Below are positions 42,665-64,000 of a stretch of DNA of 64,000 nt, in pieces (within the stretch, counting starts at the first letter, position 1; each line of letters starts with the position of its first letter). Both the position numbers and the translations under genes were made by a program. Below the pieces are notes generated by a model, which had not been told where the DNA came from, did no database searches, and was given only the letters and a program-made list of their open reading frames with translations. Source of the DNA: Euglena gracilis (lineage: Eukaryota); the NCBI GenBank assembly GCA_039621445.1, contig CP154954.1, positions 48,215,847-48,279,846 of the forward strand. The letters are read 5' to 3'.

Positions 42665-43145
42665 TGGGGGAAGAGAAACCTGTAGGGGCACCCAACAACT
42701 CCGCTTGGAGGCGGGAAGGGGGTCCAGGGGACACACTCTTCTAGGTCAATTTGGGTCGATTTCGCAGTAAAAATAGAGGTACTGAGTGGGCACCTCCCAT
42801 TTGGGGGTAACCCCCCCAAAATATAACCCCCCCGGCTTTGTATTTGGGGGGTTTATAATTGGGGGGAAATCAAATTTTTTTTGGGTGGCCTCTTGAAGGC
42901 CTTCAGCAGCCTTCAATTGTGGCCAAATACCAACTTTATGCCAAAATTTTGTTGAGCACCTCCTGTTGTTTTGCAGAAATGTGCAACTGTCATCCAGAAT
43001 GCATCTCTACTAAAAAAATGTGTACCCACCCAAAATTTTTCTACTTTTCCCTGAATGACACCAGCGTCGGCTCCACCTCAGGCTTGATATTTGGGGGGGG
43101 GCAGTCTATTTTGGGAGTTTATCAACTCGGCCTCACCCCCCCAAC

Positions 43146-43426
43146 CAGGGGTTTTTTAAAGACCGGGGGGGGTCCCCCCCACCCACCCACCCCCTGGGGG
43201 GGGGGGGCCCGGGGGGGGGGGGGTCCCGGGGGACCCACAAAAAAAATGGCCAAAAATCGCGAAAAGTGCTAAAAATAGCATTTTTCGGCGCCTGCGGCGC
43301 CGAAAAATATATCCCACCCCCCCTCCGGGGGGACCCCCCCCCCCCCCCGGGGGGGGGGCTCGGCCGGACCCACCCAACCTACCCCCCCTCCCCCCCCCCG
43401 GGGTCCACGACTAAAAAAAACCCCTG
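43146..43426. mobile_element. hAT-like MITE, family C
   Basis: TIR CAGGGGTTTTTT...AAAAAACCCCTG. Perfect TSD CCCCCAAC. Confidence 0.8.
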
Positions 43427-44465
43427 CCCCCAACCCCCCCCCCCAAATAGAAAAACCTTCCCCCTCCGGGAGTCCCTCATTGTGCACTCTGGGAGTTGAT
43501 CACCAGGTCCGTTTTTGTTTCTACTCTCATCCGTGCATCAGGTTTGTCGAAACCAAAACTTCAGAAAATTTACCAAAATGTGTCGTCCGATAGGGCGGCG
43601 AGTGGTCAAAGAAAAGGGAGGGGTGGATGTGATGCTGAGAAGAAGGCGGCCAACGGTGTTTCATTTTGAACATCGGCAAAAAGAATATTCACTAAAAAAA
43701 AATTGGGTCACAGCAAAAGAGGGGCCTGCCTTTCAGCAGAACGGCAATTACGTCTGCAGTGCTGCTGCTCTGCCTCCCGTCTCGATTCAAGCCACACGTG
43801 TCGACGCCATTTTCCTGCTGGCAGCATCACCACCTCCAAATTCAGACACAAAGCAGTGCACACGAAGGTGCCATTGGGGGACAGAACAACCAGCCGGCCA
43901 GTGAGAGCGTTGCAGGGCCCCTGGTCCCTGCCAGGCTAGGTCAGCGCTGAGGGCGGCGCGGCGGGCGGACGAGGGCTGTGCTGGGAAGGGGCGGCGGGGA
44001 GAGGCCGGCCAGCCGGCCCGGGTTCGAGATCGGTGCGATCCAGCGGAAGTGGCTGCGCTGTCCTTTCCAGCCAGTTTTTTTCAAATTGAACCCGGGGTAG
44101 GTGCAGTGAAATACCGAATAGCAGTTTGGGCCAAAAACCAGTCAATCACCCCCTAACCCCCCCGGGGGGGGGGTGTCGGCCAGTGACTACATGACCACCA
44201 GCCCCCCCCCCCAACGCCCTCCCAAACGCGGGGGGAGGGGTTATGTGAGAGGTGGGGTTATGTGGATGTCGTTGCATACAGGTGGTGAATGAGCAAAGAA
44301 TGCGACACGTCACACCCATGGGAATGAACATCACAATCCTCTCTCATGCATATAATGCAAGCCACGGAGACTAACTTACATTGGAACCCGTTTGGCACAA
44401 TGGGTTTTTTTATTTTTGCGGAGTAGGCCAGTTGTGCAGGTGGAGTGGACAGCGGCTGATACACC

Positions 44466-46348
<1,883 letters not shown>

Positions 46349-46368
46349 GTTGTGTGGTGTACAGCGCC

Positions 46369-46412
46369 CTGCGAGGAAATGGGCAGGCAAGGGAGGGGGT
46401 GAGAGAGAGGGG
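46369..46412 (-). promoter_or_regulatory. Putative spliced-leader trans-splice acceptor of Gar1
   Basis: Long pyrimidine tract ending ...TTTCCTCGCAG, 20 nt upstream of the ATG. Similar tract+CAG arrangements precede the HK ATG (38368) and the GH18 ATG (~56969). Confidence 0.5.
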
Positions 46413-47442
46413 GCGTGGGAGTGTTCCGGTTCCCTTGGCTGAGGCAGGTCCTGAACGCCTCAAGGGAAACCCCCCCCCCCCCAGTGTGTCTCAGTGAGGA
46501 CCGGGAACCAAAAGCCAGAGGGCCACTTCATTGGGTTATCGGTTTCTGGCTTTCTTTGTGGAGCTCAGGCGCGGTGCCCCAGCGCCACCGAATTTGATTG
46601 AGGATGAATGTCCATTGGGCATTTTAAACTTTCCAGGGTCGGACCACACCCCTCTTTGGTTGTGGAGGTCTGGTCCAACTTGAGGTGCCTGGGGAGGCAC
46701 TCCAGGCTCCCAGTTTCGACCCCCCCCCCCAAGGGGCGCACATGGCCAAAATAGTCGGACCCCCCCCCTTGGTCTGAAGGGGGGAGGGGCTGACCCCCCC
46801 CTCACCCTCCGGCAAGACCAACGCTCACTTAATACCTGGCCCTCCCAGTTCTGGGGGATTGTACCCTCTGATCGAGCATTTCACTGTGTCTTCTTGGTTC
46901 ACTGTGTCTTCTTGGTTCACTGTGTCTTCTTGGTTGAACCTCCAGACCTCCCGACTAATAATGATGAGGGCAGAGGTGGGAGGCCCCAATGGACAGCTCA
47001 GTGACTCCGAGACAGCGATGGTTTCTTACAGGCAAGTCCAGGTCAGAGGGAAAAGCATGTCCAGCACACAGTCATCCGGAAAGAATGCCTTTTTTCATGT
47101 ATGTCTTTCAATTTGAAGCTTGAAAACAACGCTCCCAGTTTTTTCCCCAACCTTGAAATGCAAGCGAAACAGAGCACGTGGCACAGCCTTGTGCATCTGG
47201 AAACTGCAGAAAGTGGCGGATGCGTCGACGGCGAGCCAGGACCAATGTCAAGCCCTTCAAACCGCACGGCACCCGTCGGCGCAGGACAAAACCCCTCGCC
47301 CATTCTCTGCGACGGGCTGCGGAGGATCTTCGGCGCCGTTGGGCTGTCCCTCGTCGGCTGATGGCGGCCGGCGTCGGGACGTGGGTCCCACCCCCCCCCT
47401 TTGCCCGGCTGCCCGGCGCGGTTTGCAGCGGTGGCAACGGAC

Positions 47443-56959
<9,517 letters not shown>

Positions 56960-57834
56960 GAGCAGAACCTGCAGAGTGATGAGCTTCAAGCACGGTCATA
57001 TGCAACAAACAAAGCCAGTGTGGCCTTCCCCGGGGATATGAAAGGTTCATTGCAGCCGAGGTGATGACTGGCAGCGTGAGATGATCACCAACACGTGGGT
57101 CACGACCAGGCAATTCTTGACATGAGATGGATTTGTCAGGAGTGTACACCTTCAAAATTAATTAGTGTTTGCCTTGAAACCCATTCCCTTCCACTAACTT
57201 GAGGTGCACGTTGGCAATTGGTTAGCCACCCCGGCCTCCACAGCGGTGCAATTGGTGGCGTGTGTTGACTAATTCGTTGCCCAGCACGACCAACTACGAA
57301 CAAATTATGATTGCAGGTTACAAAGACATCACTTCTTATATCCAATGGTACTCCCTGAGGCGACAAGAACGTTATCAGACATGGGGGTTAAACCTGGACA
57401 ACAATACTCCAGGACTTATCCTCAAGTGTCACCCTGGCGAGATTGGTCCTCAGCCGGCATCCGGAAAATTAAGCTTCAAAAAGAAGGAAGGGTCCTATCC
57501 AACCACCGGCAGGCAACAGACGCCGGACAATTTAAAGCCGGTGACTAGGGCCTGGCAAATGTGCATGACGGTGGAGGGAAGAGGAGCAAATGTGCCACTT
57601 GCACAGAAAAATGCGGGGCGGGGCGGAGAGCGCCGGCGTCAACAACATACTTCAGGCCGTTGGACTTCATTCAGTGTTACGTGTTTATTGGATGCCCTCC
57701 CCCACAAAACTACAAAAGGTCGCACCATGATGCATGCTGATATGCAACTAAAGCAGTTTGAAATCAACAGACGAGTGCCAACCGTTACTCAGAATTTTGT
57801 GCAGGTTGAATATGACTAGATCCGTGGGGAGGCA

Positions 57835-58445
57835 ATACACATGATATACACATGCATGGATACATGCATGCATGCGTGAATGCATACACACATACACACA
57901 CATACATGCATGCGTGAATGCATACACACATACACACACATACATGCATGCATATGTACATGCATACATACATACATACATACATACATACATACATACA
58001 TACATACATACATACATACATACATACATACATACATACATACATACATACATACATACATGCATACATACATACATGCATGCATGCATGCATGCATGCA
58101 TACATACATACAGGCATACATACATGCATACATACATACATGCATGCATACATACATGCATACATACATACAGCATACATACATGCATACATACATGCAT
58201 ACATACATACATACATACGTACATACATACATACATACATACATACATACATACATACATACATACATACATGCATGCCTACATGCATACATGCATACAT
58301 ACATACATACATGCATACATACATGCATACAAACATGCATACCTACAAACATAGATACATCGATTCATCCATGCATGCATAGATACATCCGTCCATCCAT
58401 CCATCCGTCCGTCCGTCCGGCCGTCCATCCATCCATACATGCCTG
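57835..58445. repeat. (CATA)n/(CATG)n/(CATC)n tetranucleotide microsatellite
   Basis: Seen directly. It is the reverse-orientation counterpart of the tract at 27077-27672. Confidence 0.95.
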
Positions 58446-60014
58446 CATGCCAAATAATGCTCCCCCCCCTGAGGGTTGACTTCGACCAAATAACAGTTTT
58501 TTGAACTATCAGTTTTGGGGGGATGTTTTTTTGGGGGGGGGTTATGTAATATTGAGTGTAAAAAAAGCATTGAATCTATGTTGAACACCATCAAACCCAT
58601 CGTAGGAGGAATCTTTGTTTGGTATTCTCCCCTCTGTTTCAATCCGAACATGTTAGAATTCATGTGAAATTTTAATAAAAATGTGGTTCCAGTTCACAGA
58701 AAAACTAATTTTCCTGCTGTGGCGGTCCGTGAAGAATGGGGAGAAATATCACCCCCCCCCCCAAATAACACCCCCCCGGTGTGTTATTTGGGCACCCGAG
58801 CTGGGGCCCCAGGGGGGGGGGTGTTATTTGGGGTGTGTGTTATTTTTACATGGAAAACCAAAGGAAAACCGGGGGGGGGTGTTATTTGGGCGCTCGAAAT
58901 CGGCCCCCGAGGGGGGGTGAGTTATTTGGGGGGGGTGTTATTTGGGGGGGTGTTATTTGGGAGGGGGGTTTATTTGGGCGGGTCCAGGGGGGAATATTAT
59001 TTTATAATATTATTTTATAATATTATTATATTATTTGGGGGGAATATCATATGGGGGCCGGGACCCATCCCTCCCCAAAAGGGCAATTTTTTTTTTTTTT
59101 GTTGCTTCGCAATTTTGGGCAATTTTAACAAAAATTTGCCCTCAAAAAGTGCCAAAAATGGCATTTTGGCCAATTTTTGGCCGATTTTAGGCGTAAAATT
59201 TTTTGGCCTGGCAAAATGCCGGGCCAAAAACCTGGCCAAACCACCGAAAAGATGTCCTCCGACCGGGGAGGGGGGGGAGTGGTCAGTGGATATAGGGAGG
59301 GGGAAGAAGCAAAGCAAGGACATGAACAACAAAAACCACAAGCAAGAATTAATTACAGTGTCCAATTATAGAAAAATTAGACACCATGGCTTTCTGAGGG
59401 GGTTACCATCCCTGCCGGACACCACAAGGCCAAAAAAAAAATTCCACCACACACAGGAGTGGGCGTTCACGTGGGGTCAACAGAGGAAAAACCACCAGGG
59501 AAAAATCTGTTTGTGAAACGCTGGCGGCTGGGGGAGAGCACTGAGGAAGGGGATGTGGAGCGCCGAGGGTTAATCGGCAGCATATAGAACACGGCCACAG
59601 TTCCGGCGGCCAGACATTTACTGGTGGGTCAAGTGACTATCGGCCTGCCGGTCTGACCAAACGCCCCACTGTGCTTCACCCCCTGCCAATACACCAGAAA
59701 TATGGGTATCCACCGGTGGGAAATTCATCGGACAAAAGCTGAATGGCCCAGGGTGATTATCGACAAGTGGGGAGACAACGAGACCAAGAAAACACACGAC
59801 GAACTTCGAGCAATGCCCTTTCAACAATCAAGCTGCAGGATTTTTTGTAGAAACAATCTTTTGAGGAATTTTCCATCAAAAATTGATTACACGAAGATGA
59901 CCCATAAAACGTGCGGGCAACGGGGTCAGCTCTCAGGCAAAAAAAAGATGTAGGTGTGTGTGTGCGTGTGTTTGTGTGTGTTTGTGTGCGTGTGTGCGTG
60001 TGTGTGTCGGTTTG

Positions 60015-60048
<34 letters not shown>

Positions 60049-61990
60049 GGAAAACCAATGCCAACACGGTGCTTCCCCCATGTCCCTCGCCTCATCCACT
60101 GCCCCCCTCCCCGACAAACGGATGTGTGAGCGGAACCCAAAAACAAAGCCATTTCCGGTGTGGTCTGTGGCAAATGAATTGAAGCCCGCCCCACAAATTG
60201 TCTGCTTTTGCTCATCACCACTGAGATCAAGGAGGGCCGTTTGCAAAAAAAGGTGTGCCAGTGTGTGGCACTCGGCGCAGTGGAATCAGGTTGCAGGGGG
60301 GAGGCCAGTGATCTTCGGCCGAGTGTCATCGCAGGACAACGGGCAAGCCAGGCTTTCAGCTGCAGATTTGGAGCACGCCAGTAAGGGCAAGACACAACAC
60401 TTGCTTTCGGGACCTCGGCACGTCACGTGCCACGGGCCTGGACCATCCACAATGACCCTGGGGGCCAGGAAATGAAGCCAGTTGCCATCCACAATTACCC
60501 TGGGGGCCAGGAAATGAAGCCAGTTGTCAGTCCGTCAGTCACGCCAGTGAAATGGCGATTCAATCCATTTGAACGGAGAACAGTTTAACAGCACGCATGC
60601 CGTATTGATTCCATTGCATTCGTCCTCAAAATTCTGGTGCCTTGCTCTAAATCCCTTCAAAAAAAAACACCCAATGCACCCAATGCCGGCACCCGGTCTA
60701 CTCTTTTTGGGTTGGAAAACATTGCCTGTGAGTGCCTGCCCAGGCAGGCACTACCCCCCGGGGGGGGGTCGGATTTCGGCCTGTGCCCAGGCACATTCCT
60801 TTGAAAATAGACCATTTTTGGCTCCCCGGCGCCTTCGGCACCGGGGTTGTGCTGTGGCACTTTTGGCTGTGCGTCCTACCCCCCGGGGGGGGTCGGATTT
60901 GGAGTGCCTTGGAGTGCCTGCCCAGGAAGGCACCCCCCCCGGGGGGGGTGGGGTCAGCACCCGACTGAAAAAACAGCCTGGTCCCTACTCAACAGGTGGT
61001 CCACCAAATCGGGACCAACCTCGTGGGTGCCTCTGTTCTCAGCCCGAAGGCACCTCGCGAGGCTGCCCTGCCCCATAAGACAAACCCACTCGACACACCC
61101 CGGTCAAGCAACCCCCCTCCCCCTGGACAAAGCGAACCTATTTTCAGCTGCCGGGTCCAGGTGTGTGCGATCTTTTTGGGTATGCTGCTGTTTCATAAAT
61201 GAACGAATATTTTTTTTGATTCTTTGGAATCAAATCATTATCACACAACTTGCCTGGTAAGCATGGCATATTCGTTGGGCAAACGTGAGTTCTGCTGCCG
61301 TTATCACATACAATGTAAAACAATAAATGAAGGCTCACACAAAGAAATACAGCACTCGATTCAGGCGGCTGAAATCGATGTTGTGCACTCAGTGAAACAG
61401 CACAGCGACAGAGCGACACGGGTGATACACAGGGATATGGTGGTCAACACTCAATGGTCACCCTCAGCAAACATGAAGGGCCAGTGGCGCAGAATCCCAG
61501 TCCCAGAGGGGGACAGGGGCCCTGAAGCCTCCCCCTTCGGAAGCCACCCTTTGGAGAGCATCACTGGGGCTCAGGCTCAGAGGAAGGAGGGGATGGGTCA
61601 GAAGGGAACACAGCGTCGCGACTCCCACAGACAGAAAGCTGACTTTGGTAAATACATTGGATGTAAACAAAAAACCACCCTGCGTGAACTCTCCACCTGG
61701 AAGGTGTAGTATTTCTGTACTTAGTTCTCAATTGCGGCGTCAAATTCTGTCTTTAGTTCTCAAAATGCGGCCTCCCCCCCCCCCCCGCTGTCGACCGATC
61801 TCAAGACCACATGTCCCACCTGCAAGGAGTTGCACCGGGCGGTTTCGCTGAACCAGCTTGAGACAGAGGTAGTGGCATGAGGTGTGGCCACGGGGGTGGG
61901 GCAAAGGTGGGGAGGCTGTTGCAGGGGGAAGGTGATGTAGGCAAGGAGTCATAGAGTTGGAACTATCCATCCATTCATTGGAGCGCTCAC

Positions 61991-62235
61991 CAGGCTTCTT
62001 TTTAAGACCCCGGGGGGGGTCCCCCCCACCCACCCAGGGTGGCGCGGGACCCCCCGGGGGGGGGGCGCCCCCCCCCCAAATCGGGCCCGTTAAAGGCAAT
62101 CTTCAAAATTTTCGGCGCGAAGGTATACCTGGCGCCTCCGACGCGGGAGCCCCCCCCGGGGGGGGGTCCGGCCCGGACCCACCCACCCACCCCCCCTCCC
62201 CCCCGGGGGGGTCTTCTGACTTAAAAAGAAGCCTG
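61991..62235. mobile_element. MITE with CAGGCTTCTTTTTAAG TIR
   Basis: Perfect 16-bp TIR identical to 30788-30875. No recognisable TSD. Confidence 0.65.
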
Positions 62236-64000
62236 TTTGGAAGATTTGGCCAGGCATCCCTTTAGTGTGTCCACAAGGATGCTGGTGAACACAATTTTTT
62301 GGGGGGTGAACACAGGTGAACACAGAAAAAAATTGGTGAACGTATGAAAACACATAGAAAAAAAGTTTGGTGAACACAAAAAAAATTGATAAAATACGGG
62401 GTCCAAATATGACGAGTGGGGGCATGAACAGTCCTACTTGTCAGAAATCAGGGTCCGGGTTTTCCACATGCGGTGTGAGGAAAAAAGGGGGGTTTTCACA
62501 GGGATAGGTATAAATATATAGGGTCATAGGGTTTACATACGTATAGGGGTTTGGCGTAGACCTCTGTTTCATAAAAAAAACGCTTTTTACTTGCATGCCA
62601 GTGATCAGAACCCTCGGAAAATGTGATATTTAAGCAAATTTAATATAACTCAATAAAAATACAGGAAATTGTAAGAAGATGGGGGGGAGTGGTTAAAGGT
62701 TTGGAGACAAGGTTCCAAAAGAGAAAGTTTATGGGGCGACAATTTCCGGAAGGAGGGTGTAGGAAATGAGGTGAATGAATATGAAATTAAAACATGGAAA
62801 ATGGGATGGATGAGTCGACCAATAGAGATGCTTTCACCCCACTGCCTTGTTGAAAGGAAAAAAAATATCCCAGAGCGTCAGAAATCTGCCTAAAGAAGTG
62901 GTTTGCCGGTTGGCAGCTGGGTCTCCATCCACCCTGTATCGGGACTGCCTTCAGTCTGCGAGGGAGGAGGTTTGAGCAGCAGGTGAAGTGGAGCAGTGCG
63001 GTGGTCCACGAGGTGGTTCGACGGCGCCGACAGATCTCATTCCCAATCCGTCCCAGCTGAGTGAGAAGAGCCCAGATGGGGGGGGGCGAACCAATTCCGC
63101 ACAAAGCGGTGGTACATCAAAGTTTCGCTGTTTCGCTTTGTGGTTCAGCACAAAAAAAGTTTTGCCAAGCCCTGGATAAGCCGTTATGGTGAAAAAAAAA
63201 TCCAGCCACTTGCTTTCAAAAGCTCACACACCTGCAAATATGAATACACAATACCGTATAAGAATATATTATATACATTACAACATATTTTTTATATATA
63301 CAATATGTATACAATATAATATATTATAATATATAATATAAGAATATACACGTGAGAATCACATACACCAACACCCAAACTCTCCCAAGAAATGGCCAAA
63401 ATTTTACCTTATTTTTTCCCCCAGACACCCTGGGCATTAGCTCAACTAAACTGGACCACTTGGCACACTCTGGATGGATGTAAAGCAGACTCGCACCCAT
63501 TCAGCTGCCTCCAAAAACCCACCCACCCCCAAACCTATTGGTCAAGCAGGAAGAGACGAAGGTCTGGCCCCAATCGAATTGGGACCGGGTGACGGGTGGG
63601 GGGAGGAGGCGCAGTGGCGCGCAGGCGCCTTCGTGGCGTGCTCTTGGCCGGCGGAGCGCCGCGGCTAACCCTGCAGGGGTGGGGCAGGCTTGCGCATATG
63701 GGGGCACCCATGGAGCCCCAGCCGTTGGCCTTGAGGCTGAGGGGCCCAGCAGTGGGGCCCAAAATCTGTTTGACGAAAAAAAAAACACACCAAGCAACCC
63801 CACAACACCCCAAGCCAGGTGGGGGTGTGGGCGTGGTCCTTGACAGTTTGATCTGGGGGGGGGGTGCCCTCCCGATCAAGGACCCACTAGCCCCCCTCCC
63901 CCAATCGAAGAGGGGGCGGGGTGGGGGGCACCCCTTCCCATTTACACTCCAGACACCATCCTCATATCGAACCGTGAGGTGCCCACATGCACACGCACAC

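Noticed and set aside
46879-46935. 3 x 18-bp tandem repeat upstream of Gar1 (also a 2 x 42-bp repeat at ~60442-60526)
   Set aside because: Short slippage-type duplications with no evidence of function.
57748-58479. MYVC/HTYI-repeat ORFs (also 27045-27842)
   Set aside because: Tetranucleotide microsatellite translations.

Overview
Repeat-rich eukaryotic nuclear DNA, most likely from a euglenid (Euglena-like). This is inferred from GC-rich exons separated by a mix of GT-AG introns, one GC-AG intron and many non-GT-AG stem-loop introns of the N3-CAG...CTG-N5 type. Manual exon joining gives four minus-strand genes: (1) a membrane hybrid histidine kinase of about 25-30 exons (HisKA, HATPase, pseudo-receiver, receiver; ~10.8-38.3 kb), (2) a small hypothetical protein (~40.0-42.7 kb), (3) the H/ACA snoRNP protein Gar1 (44466-46348), and (4) a GH18 chitinase-like protein (~47.4-57.0 kb). 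The main finding is several families of non-autonomous hAT-like MITEs (TIRs starting CAG or CAA, 8-bp target-site duplications). Some copies sit inside coding sequence and have exactly the geometry of euglenid nonconventional introns: 3 nt + 5 nt of flank equals the 8-bp TSD, so splicing restores the original frame. One such copy interrupts the chitinase catalytic motif. Most ORFs in the supplied track are spurious products of microsatellites and MITE internal repeats. All splice junctions were inferred by eye, without transcript data.
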